A stretch of DNA of 64,000 nucleotides from positions 10,824 to 74,823 of the forward strand of contig DBZK01000041.1 in the NCBI GenBank assembly GCA_002311135.1, written 5' to 3'. How positions within the stretch are numbered: position 1 is the first letter of the stretch; every line of letters starts with the position of its first letter. Positions 47,601 to 54,686 of this stretch are shown one piece after another. The position numbers and the translations under genes were made by a program. The notes below the pieces were generated by a model. That model made no database searches. It saw only the letters and a program-made list of their open reading frames with translations, and was not told the origin of the DNA. The stretch is from Dehalococcoidia bacterium UBA1162. GTDB taxonomy: Bacteria > Chloroflexota > Dehalococcoidia > GIF9 > UBA5629.

Positions 47601-48013
47601 GGCACGGACTTATTGCCAGGATACGGCTTGTGAACTGCATTCAATATTACGTTTTTACCGTCGCTTGTCTTGGTCAGCCTTGTGGAACAGTTCTCTTCGC
47701 ATTTCTTGCATCCCGTGCACAGGTCGCTGTCAATGTATCTTAGTTGTTGCGTGGTCTTTATATTGAAATTGCCCTTTTCACCGCATATATCGACGGTGGA
47801 AGTGTTGTAAACGAATTCGATGTTCGGATCCTGAATGGCATTTAACACTGTAGACCAGAACAGCCGGGGATCAACCCCGCTGGATTCAAAGAAGGCAAAG
47901 GCGGGGGCATCCGTGATGAACTTTACCTGCGTGCCTATTTTGGCCAGGTAGAGCGCCGCCTGCAGCGCATCGATGGTTCTGCCTATAACTGCGGCGCGTA
48001 TGCTTTTCCCCAT
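44639..48013 (-). CDS. HdrL-like protein: degenerate HdrA segments flanking an intact GltD/NfnB-like NAD(P)H:flavin module
   Basis: PCRASCP, GRLCKHPCE, IIGSGPAG, GIPRFRL, GDGNSAVD, FAGGD, EAQRCLSC. HdrA-type FLCRC and NIRELCAWAH. Terminal ferredoxin motifs. Confidence 0.82.
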   Translation of the reverse strand: MGKSIRAAVIGRTIDALQAALYLAKIGTQVKFITDAPAFAFFESSGVDPRLFWSTVLNAIQDPNIEFVYNTSTVDICGEKGNFNIKTTQQLRYIDSDLCTGCKKCEENCSTRLTKTSDGKNVILNAVHKPYPGNKSVPSTMVIDKNGISPCRASCPLGINVQGFVSLLANNKVQEAYDLINGSAPLGGILGRLCKHPCESKCSRAKVDSAVSIRSLHRYAYDNVVSPAGKHLVAAGPASTSKIAIIGSGPAGLMAAWDLKRRGYDPTIFESHNVIGGMLATGIPRFRLSREIRERELGQLLDMGIKIRTGITVGPDIDFAYLKERDYKAFFLAIGASRNNKLGIEGEDLSGVIDCMSFLLLLNLTDDLFIGSNIVIIGDGNSAVDSARAAIRQNKGSVKIVSWTVPEELTASADEIQEAREEGVSIEYSSYPVEILGNKNKVTGVRFCRTKLTDELMRNGWHRPEPVEGTDFIIEADHVIVAIGQSADATQLNLEGLDIEKASGTIRVNPLTLATNLPGVFAGGDCMRGPNNVVEAMADGLKAAESIDRYLSDSDLEEGRQIASKKVAEVDLDSVWAFPVKRAEMPYLDMESRKNTYEETTTGFPAQTMVEEAQRCLSCALCSECMECIKVCKSNAIRHNDTVRHKDVEADVILKFPAEDMGVKEEGPAADKSGVYTISHGTDRSEGDVNVKLMAAVMQTILDSDLEFLDKLSTGRFGCDDQAEGSHDPIHYLEDHTLPESKQGIFLCRCNGENSSAIDFGRLSLGAQKLNIAHISEIEQACTEEGAQVIAQRWKEAGLDRAVVAACRCCNYDQICYSCNDRRILSSHYLRRNIPGQSSSDIEYVNIRELCAWAHGDDRQSATDKALKILEAAVLLPPSGHQKYERHPINPAALFIGESGTAKIAAMTLEVLGCKLFQVTQVPDSLEIGGQPGDYHVKLGFSDRNEVIKTGTIIIDASLKQADLDKLGYTYTGRLFQRLISGMVKDHAGSKLNLNKYASALNRAGLFINPPLTGREKGDESAQGVALAAAILLYLRSNWITARDSVAQVNTALCRGCRTCIERCPIIEMREGANGLLHSHLERFLCMGCGACASVCPTGAIYLSGQDKSRIGTALKSFLCPAEI

Positions 48014-48014
48014 G

Positions 48015-48563
48015 TTACGCAGGCCTTTCGTCGGGTGATGAGTAATTGAATCCCAGTTCGAACGCCTTCATATTGAAGCTCTCGGTACCGGCGGGGATAA
48101 AATCTTTAACTGCCCGCTCCAGCGCCTCACGCGACACAACATCGCTATTGGCTGCCAGAAAACCAAGCATGATGATATTGGCCACTACAGGTTTCCCCAT
48201 CTCCTTAGCGAGCCTGCTGGCCGGTATGGAAAGCATCCTTGCGGCAGGCGGGGTATCCATCTTAACCAGTTCCGAATCGACGATCAGGAGAACATGACCC
48301 TTAGCCCCGGCGCCAAACTCGTTGTAGGCCTCTTGAGATAGAATAACCAGCACTTCGGGGTCGGTTATATATGGATACTCCACGGGGGAGTCGCTGATGA
48401 TAACTTCGGCACGGCATGAGCCGCCCCTGGATTCGGGGCCATAGCTTTGGGTAAGCGCTGCATAAGAATTATTGTAAATGGAGGCAGCTTTGCCTATGAT
48501 ATTGCCCAGCAGGACTATGCCCTGTCCGCCGAATCCTGCCAGTCTGATTTCAGCTTTTTTCAT
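48015..48563 (-). CDS. korC: 2-oxoacid:ferredoxin oxidoreductase gamma subunit
   Basis: GFGGQG, QSYGPESRGG, NIIMLG motifs. Confidence 0.9.
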   Translation of the reverse strand: MKKAEIRLAGFGGQGIVLLGNIIGKAASIYNNSYAALTQSYGPESRGGSCRAEVIISDSPVEYPYITDPEVLVILSQEAYNEFGAGAKGHVLLIVDSELVKMDTPPAARMLSIPASRLAKEMGKPVVANIIMLGFLAANSDVVSREALERAVKDFIPAGTESFNMKAFELGFNYSSPDERPA

Positions 48564-48589
48564 TTAAGCTTCCTGGAAATTATCTTCGC

Positions 48590-49441
48590 TTAACTATTTT
48601 TAACCTGTTTCTTGGCCCTTTCGGCGACCACCGCCAGGTTGGTGTGCAGGGTAGGACGATCTACATCGATAAATTTTCCTACGATTATAGGGCCGTTCTG
48701 AGTTATACCAACGTCTTTGGGGTCTGCGCCGTTCTTGATAATGCTCCTCTTCTCATAACTCTTGAGCGAATCAAGCCCTTCGGGCTCCTTGTTCATCCTG
48801 CCGTAAACGGCAGGGCAGGGACTGATGACTTCGACGAATGAAAAGCCTGGCTTCAATAATGCCTCTGTCATGGTGTTTTCAAGCTGATGCAGGTGCAAAA
48901 CCGTCCATCTGGCAATATATGTTGCACCGCTGGCATAGAGCAGCAACGGCAGGTTGAAAGGCGATTCAAAATTTCCGTAAGGTGTGGTGGATGTGCGCAC
49001 ATCATAGGGAGCGGTGGGGCCCACCTGGCCTCCGGTCATACCGTAGTTGAAGTTATTTATGCAGATAACGGTCATATCTACGTTGCGGCGGGCGGCATGA
49101 ATGAGGTGGTTTCCTCCTATAGCCGCCAGGTCACCGTCGCCCGAAAAGACCACTGCCTTCAATTCCGGGTTAGCCAGCTTCAAACCCGTTGCGAACGGGA
49201 TGGCGCGGCCATGCGTAGTATGAAAGGAATCCAACTTAACATATCCGGCTACACGTCCCGAGCAGCCTATGCCGGAGATAACTGATATCTTATCCGGATC
49301 CAGTCCCGATTTATCTATTGCCCTCAAAAAGCAGTTCAAAGCCGGCCCTATTCCGCAGGCCGGGCACCAGATATGCGGAAGCCTGTCCTGCCTGAGATAT
49401 TTGGCGATTATTGAATGTCCGTTGCCCTCATGATCAGGCAT
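48590..49441 (-). CDS. korB: 2-oxoacid:ferredoxin oxidoreductase beta subunit (TPP-binding)
   Basis: WCPACG, SGIGCS, HGRA, GDGD, YGMTGGQ motifs. The start at 49441 overlaps the alpha-subunit stop. Confidence 0.92.
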   Translation of the reverse strand: MPDHEGNGHSIIAKYLRQDRLPHIWCPACGIGPALNCFLRAIDKSGLDPDKISVISGIGCSGRVAGYVKLDSFHTTHGRAIPFATGLKLANPELKAVVFSGDGDLAAIGGNHLIHAARRNVDMTVICINNFNYGMTGGQVGPTAPYDVRTSTTPYGNFESPFNLPLLLYASGATYIARWTVLHLHQLENTMTEALLKPGFSFVEVISPCPAVYGRMNKEPEGLDSLKSYEKRSIIKNGADPKDVGITQNGPIIVGKFIDVDRPTLHTNLAVVAERAKKQVKNS

Positions 49442-50585
49442 GGCACTCCTTAATGGCAGCAAGTATCGTTTCCGGCTTGTGCACGTCGCCGCCCGAATGC
49501 GGTACGGACAGGCTGCGGGCTTTGCCGCAGGAACATCGCTCCACCTCGTAGACAATTTGCCCGCGGTTGATCTCGGGAACTATAAACGTCTTAACACGGG
49601 AAGCAAGCTCACGGACACGTCGTTCGGCGAAGGGCCACAGTGTGATGAGCTGTAAAAACCCGGCCTTGATGCCCTGCTGGCGCGCCAGCTTGACAGCATA
49701 CCTGGCAATACGGGAAGTAATCCCGTACGCGCATACCACTATTTCGGCATCGTCGGTCATATATTCATCGTACAAAATGATATCATCGGCATGGGTCTTG
49801 ATTTTATCCACCAGCCTGGTGATGAGCCTGTCTTGAGCAGCGGCCGTCATCGCAGGATAGCCGCTCTCATCATGTGTTAGGCCCGTAACGTGGAAACGGT
49901 ATCCCTGCCCGGCAATTGCCATGGGCGGTACCAGGCTCTCGTCCGCTTTATAAGGGTGATAGGGGCCGCTGCCGATTTGCGGCATTTTCCTGTAAATAAG
50001 GTCGGCGGCAGAGATCTCGGGGATCACTACCTTTTCGCTCATATGCCCTACGACCTCATCGGACATGATCAATACCGGCACGCGATATTTCTCCGAGAGA
50101 TTGAAAGCTTTGACGGTCAGGTCGAACATATGTTGAGGCGAATCCGGGCTAAGGGCTATGATCTCATAGCTGCCGTGGGAGCCCCACCTGGCCTGCATGA
50201 CATCCTGTTGGCCGACAAGAGTAGGCAACCCGGTGGAAGGGCCCGCACGCTGAATATCAACCACTACGCACGGCGTCTCCAACATGACTCCCAGCCCGAT
50301 GTTTTCCATCATAAGGCTGAAGCCGGGACCGGATGTAGACGTCATCGATTTAACACCGGCCCAGGAGGCTCCAAGTATAGCGTTCATCGAAGCAATCTCA
50401 TCTTCCATCTGGATGTACGTACCACCCACTACAGGAAGGCGGCGGCTCATCCTCTCAGCTATCTCGGTGGCGGGTGTGATGGGATAGCCGGCGAAGAACC
50501 GGCAGCCGGCGCTTATCGCTCCCTCGGCACAGGCCACATCGCCGTTAATGAAAAACTCACCTGAAAGGTGTCCATTATCTGTCAT
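49434..50585 (-). CDS. korA: 2-oxoacid:ferredoxin oxidoreductase alpha subunit
   Basis: GYPITPATE, QMEDE, TSGPGFSL, QRAGPSTGLPT motifs. Confidence 0.93.
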   Translation of the reverse strand: MTDNGHLSGEFFINGDVACAEGAISAGCRFFAGYPITPATEIAERMSRRLPVVGGTYIQMEDEIASMNAILGASWAGVKSMTSTSGPGFSLMMENIGLGVMLETPCVVVDIQRAGPSTGLPTLVGQQDVMQARWGSHGSYEIIALSPDSPQHMFDLTVKAFNLSEKYRVPVLIMSDEVVGHMSEKVVIPEISAADLIYRKMPQIGSGPYHPYKADESLVPPMAIAGQGYRFHVTGLTHDESGYPAMTAAAQDRLITRLVDKIKTHADDIILYDEYMTDDAEIVVCAYGITSRIARYAVKLARQQGIKAGFLQLITLWPFAERRVRELASRVKTFIVPEINRGQIVYEVERCSCGKARSLSVPHSGGDVHKPETILAAIKECHA

Positions 50586-50672
50586 ATTGTTCTTTCAAAT
50601 AAAAACACGCCAGAATTACATTCAATATTTAACCTGCAGCTTTATCCCGGCGAAAATCCTGGTCGCGGCAGA

Positions 50673-50954
50673 TTATGACTTAATTTCAGAATGGACCTTA
50701 TTGTTGATGGTGAGCTTGACGGCGAATTCCGGGCATATCAATTCGCAGAATCCGCAGGCGAGGCACTTGTCGCCATCTTTGACAACTGCTAATTGGTAGC
50801 CCTTGGAGCTAAGCTCCGAACCCATCTTGAGGACATCGCATGGGCAATATTCGGCGCAAAAACCACACCCCTTGCATCTTTCCCTGTCGATAAATACGTA
50901 GGCCAGAGGTTCGGCAGAATGGTTATGGTCGAAAGGTGTGCGCCACAGCTTCAT
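50673..50954 (-). CDS. korD: 2-oxoacid:ferredoxin oxidoreductase delta subunit (2x[4Fe-4S])
   Basis: CKGCGFCAEYCP and CLACGFCELICP. First gene of the operon. Confidence 0.88.
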   Translation of the reverse strand: MKLWRTPFDHNHSAEPLAYVFIDRERCKGCGFCAEYCPCDVLKMGSELSSKGYQLAVVKDGDKCLACGFCELICPEFAVKLTINNKVHSEIKS

Positions 50955-50966
50955 AATCGATAGAGT

Positions 50967-50995
50967 AGTATACCATTCAAGCCAGCATCAGACAA
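50967..50995 (-). promoter_or_regulatory. Promoter of the kor-hdr operon
   Basis: TTGTCT-17nt-TATACT with extended TG on the minus strand. Confidence 0.55.
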
Positions 50996-51055
50996 GATTC
51001 ACATAAATGACGGCCAGGCTGGCACGGCTTGCGAAAATTACCCCGGTTAGTGCAT

Positions 51056-51949
51056 TTAGGCGGCCGAGGCCATACCACGAATGCTGTTCAAAAGCAATAC
51101 CATTTCTCTCTGGTATTCATCTTCACCCAATTTATCCAGGTATGAGAGGTCGCGGTCCCTCTCTCTCAATACAGACAGGATCACTTCAGCGCTTTTGCCC
51201 AGGCCAGTTTCGTCGATGACTATTTGCTGCCAGGTTAATAGTTTTTTTCTATATTGCTCGAGCCTTGCCAGCCCGTTGTCGTAGCATCCGAAGTGTCCAT
51301 AGCACAGCTTGATCGGTTTTAGTCCTATCAGCTTATCAACCGAAGCCAGCATTTCCTCCAGCTTGAAAGGAGGCGGCGTGGCAGGCCTGACCTTCCCGTC
51401 GGTACATACGCCAGCTGCTTCACCCGCCAGGAGAATGCCGTGTGCCCGATCGAACAAGCTTAAATGATGTATGGCATGCCCGGGCGTAAAATATACTTCC
51501 AATTCTATACCGCCCAGGTCCAGCTTCATATTATCCTGGGCAGCAACGATTCTCGCTGCCGGCACGGGCTCTATCTCACCATATTTGATCGCCAGGTCGC
51601 CCAGGGTTCGCAGGCTGGCAGCCCATAATTTTTCAGGGTTAACCAGGTGAGGCAAGGCCCTCTCATGGACAACGACCATGGCATTGGGCATTGCCCCGAC
51701 AGCTTTGCCGATGCCGCCTGCATGGTCTATATGGATATGCGTCAGCACAATATAATCGATCTCTTGCGGCTTTGTGCCTGCTTCGGCCAGCGCCTTGAGC
51801 AGTCCATCGATGGCGATGGCCGGTCCGGGATCGATAACGGCCCTCTTCCGGCCTATAACAAGATAACCGGATATGAACTTGCCATAGCCGGGTATCGGCG
51901 GCTGCAGGTCAAGCAGTTTCAGGTTAGGAGATATGTTGGTTACTCTGAT
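51056..51949 (-). CDS. MBL-fold metallo-hydrolase, probable ATC start
   Basis: THIHIDHAGG, TPGHAIHH and YGHFG motifs. The frame stays open upstream of 51748 through IDPGP to an ATC 7 nt after GGAGGGG. Confidence 0.85.
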   Translation of the reverse strand: MRVTNISPNLKLLDLQPPIPGYGKFISGYLVIGRKRAVIDPGPAIAIDGLLKALAEAGTKPQEIDYIVLTHIHIDHAGGIGKAVGAMPNAMVVVHERALPHLVNPEKLWAASLRTLGDLAIKYGEIEPVPAARIVAAQDNMKLDLGGIELEVYFTPGHAIHHLSLFDRAHGILLAGEAAGVCTDGKVRPATPPPFKLEEMLASVDKLIGLKPIKLCYGHFGCYDNGLARLEQYRKKLLTWQQIVIDETGLGKSAEVILSVLRERDRDLSYLDKLGEDEYQREMVLLLNSIRGMASAA

Positions 51950-52025
51950 AGAAGCACCCCTCCGCGTTTATGAAAATGTATACTTTTTAAGAGAATTTGT
52001 GAAGGGTAGCACACAGGCAATGCCG

Positions 52026-53267
52026 TCATCTCATTATAGGCATGCTGTCTATAGTATCCATTCGCTTGATTGAATTCAGCTTCAGTGAACTGAGAAAATC
52101 CAGGCTTACCGGCCTGTAATTGACCAGTTCCGGGCTGATATTGATGGTCTTTTTATCCCCGTTGATAAAAGGATAGTTCTTCATATCATTATTGTGCTTG
52201 TGCCCGTGGATAATCCAGCCGTTCCAGTCAACAGGGAGCCGGTCGGGGTCATGCACCAATAGAAAAGTATACCTTCCGCCCTTGACTATTTGGTATTCTT
52301 TAGCATACCTGACATCAACATCGTGCCACCCTCTTATAAAGTTAATTTTCCCTTTGAGCCTTTCCAGCCAGTAACCTGCAGGCCTTGCTCCTCTTCCAAA
52401 AGATAGATCGCCCAGGAAATAAACCTCGCTAGAACCAACAGTGTTATTCCAGTTCTCCACCAGCACTTTATTCATTTCTCCAACGTTCTCGGATGCAAAA
52501 GGCCGGGCACAGTAATGAATTATATTTGAGTGATCCAGGTGAAGATCACTACTAAGGTATATAGACCCGCGTTTATCACGAAATCCATACCCTTCGATGC
52601 CTTTAGCTATTCTAAACAGCTTTAAGGTACGGCTCCAATCGTCACTACTTAGCGCCTCACCCCTGGTGAGCAACCTTTGCTGTAAAAAATCATATTCGCA
52701 AACTATCTTCGATTGGTCATTCAGGAATGTTACCCTGAGAGAATTCAGCAGTAAATAGAAATATCTCATGTGGTAGTCTTCAGTATTTTCCATGTGGGTT
52801 GAATATTTCTCGGCCAGAACTTTATCGATGGACACACACGACCACATCTTTTCGAATTCCCGGCTGTCCAATTTATAAGCCAGAGTCGAGTGGAATAAAA
52901 AGTCTTCCGCTTTATCAAATGGCTGTGTCCTGGGCACAATTTTGAGTAGCCTCTGCGCCAGCTCCTGCCTGAACTTTTTAAATTCGGCAGCAGCAACTAT
53001 GTTGAAGTATATGACCCGGCCGTGTTGACCGTTGATCCAACGAAAACCGTCGATGAGATAAGGCAAGAACGAATAGCGCCTGCCGACAGTCAGGAGGGCC
53101 TCCTTGACCCGATCCACCTGCTGATAGTCGGCAGAAAAACTCCCGTATAACGAAATATGCGGGACCCTGTGTATTTTATTCAGCGGCGTCCCGCAAAGCC
53201 GGCTGACCCTGGCAATAGACTCGGATAATTTTCTTTTGCCCGGACCTATGCGTACTTCTATAAGCAT
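52026..53267 (-). CDS. 2H-phosphoesterase (2'-5' RNA ligase-like) fused to a calcineurin-like metallophosphoesterase
   Basis: PHISL and FHSTL 2H motifs. SDLHLDH, RPF...EMN..L..NWN, LGD, GWHD, HGHKH motifs. Confidence 0.8.
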   Translation of the reverse strand: MLIEVRIGPGKRKLSESIARVSRLCGTPLNKIHRVPHISLYGSFSADYQQVDRVKEALLTVGRRYSFLPYLIDGFRWINGQHGRVIYFNIVAAAEFKKFRQELAQRLLKIVPRTQPFDKAEDFLFHSTLAYKLDSREFEKMWSCVSIDKVLAEKYSTHMENTEDYHMRYFYLLLNSLRVTFLNDQSKIVCEYDFLQQRLLTRGEALSSDDWSRTLKLFRIAKGIEGYGFRDKRGSIYLSSDLHLDHSNIIHYCARPFASENVGEMNKVLVENWNNTVGSSEVYFLGDLSFGRGARPAGYWLERLKGKINFIRGWHDVDVRYAKEYQIVKGGRYTFLLVHDPDRLPVDWNGWIIHGHKHNNDMKNYPFINGDKKTINISPELVNYRPVSLDFLSSLKLNSIKRMDTIDSMPIMR

Positions 53268-53431
53268 TTATATTAAGTATAGCATGTGGTTTGTTCGTTT
53301 ATACCAGTAGAATTCATGACTTAAGTACTATATTTTCGGTACTAACTAGCCATTGAGAATTTCCTTTGAGCAGATATAATAGCTCTAGCAATACTAGCAT
53401 CTATCTATATTGAGGCCAAATAGGTCTTTAG

Positions 53432-53737
53432 ATGGCTGGAAGAATAGACAGAACGTTTATGAGTCTGACCGGTTGGCAGAGAGGGTTTCAGGGGCTGGGA
53501 TTGGCCGTGTTACTCATGGCAGCCATTGCGGCGACCATGACTTTTTCTTTCTGGGTTTGCAGAGCCGGCCCCTTCTGTGCCGGAAAAGACTCAGAGACTA
53601 TTAATCCAACGCGTTTTCACGCTGTAAACAATCCAGGAGCGTCTACTTTTCCCACCGCCGGCAGCGAAAATTACAGCAGCTCCGTTACCCAGATACTTAA
53701 TAAATTAAAGAATTCTACCGATACTCCTTCACAGTAG
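53432..53737 (+). CDS. Hypothetical small membrane-anchored protein
   Basis: One hydrophobic helix and an S/T/N-rich tail. TTGAGA-16-TATAAT upstream (53353-53380). Confidence 0.4.
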   Translation: MAGRIDRTFMSLTGWQRGFQGLGLAVLLMAAIAATMTFSFWVCRAGPFCAGKDSETINPTRFHAVNNPGASTFPTAGSENYSSSVTQILNKLKNSTDTPSQ

Positions 53738-53923
53738 TATTTTTCCCTGCACCTAAATCTATAACTTTCATACAGGAACTATTAAGGCCTAAAAGGTTAC
53801 AGGTTATTACCCGTCCCTCTTCAAAGCTTTCCAAACCATATATTACAGCGGGTATGAAATATTACTTCCTCAATGGTATGATTATTACCTATTTGTTCGT
53901 ATACAACGAGGTCAGTTTCTATC

Positions 53924-54583
53924 ATGAAAGTCCTGGCATTTAACAGCAGCCCTCACAAAGATAAAGGCAATACGGCGCTAATCTTGAATCCCTTTCTTAA
54001 AGGGATGAGCAGTGCAGGCGCAGAGGTAGAGCTATTTTATACCTGCGACTTGGACATCAACCCATGCCGGGGCGAACTCAACTGTATGCTGAAAACCCCC
54101 GGTAAGTGCCTCCAGAACGATGATATACAGATGCTGACTCCCAAACTGGGTGCAGATGTGCTGGTGTTGGCCAGCCCGCTATATATCTGGACAATGAACG
54201 GCCAGATGAAAAACCTTCTGGACAGGATGATACCTCTGCTCCCAGCTAATAAAGGCCGTATAATACTGGTCTCAAGCTGCGGGTTCTGGGGGTTGGAAAA
54301 TTTCGACCCTTTGATTTCTTATATGGAAACCGTATGCAGCAAAGTCGACCGTGTATTTGCAGAGGCGCTGCTCAGACCGCATGCAGTGTACTTGAAAATG
54401 ATGCTCGAGGCCGGAGCCCCCGTACAAGATATTCCTGCAGCAGTTGAAGAAGCCGGACGCCAGCTAGTTGTGGATCACATTATAAACCCCAAAACCCTGG
54501 GCATAATCAGTCGCGAACTTGTATCACTCCAGGTTTGGAATGAGCGAGTGAAACAACGATTCGGTACGGGAGTAGATTCATAA
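53924..54583 (+). CDS. Flavodoxin-like / iron-sulfur flavoprotein (NADPH-dependent FMN reductase family)
   Basis: NSSPHKDKGNT, PCRGELNC......C, ASPLY, MKNLLDR motifs. Confidence 0.85.
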   Translation: MKVLAFNSSPHKDKGNTALILNPFLKGMSSAGAEVELFYTCDLDINPCRGELNCMLKTPGKCLQNDDIQMLTPKLGADVLVLASPLYIWTMNGQMKNLLDRMIPLLPANKGRIILVSSCGFWGLENFDPLISYMETVCSKVDRVFAEALLRPHAVYLKMMLEAGAPVQDIPAAVEEAGRQLVVDHIINPKTLGIISRELVSLQVWNERVKQRFGTGVDS

Positions 54584-54686
54584 AATAGGGCAATTGGTAA
54601 TTTGATATGGACGCTTCTGCCAGATCTCTTCAAGTGCCTTATCGATCCCCAATGCCGGGCAGTACTTGGGCACGAGGGCACTTTTA

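Noticed and set aside
40632-48013. Selenocysteine read-through in Hdr/MvhD genes
   Set aside because: The frames are uninterrupted. Relevant positions encode Cys or Asp, and the TGA ending the HdrL-like gene follows a complete ferredoxin domain.
53805-53888. Four TATTAC copies upstream of the flavoprotein gene
   Set aside because: Irregular spacing in AT-rich DNA, so it could be chance.
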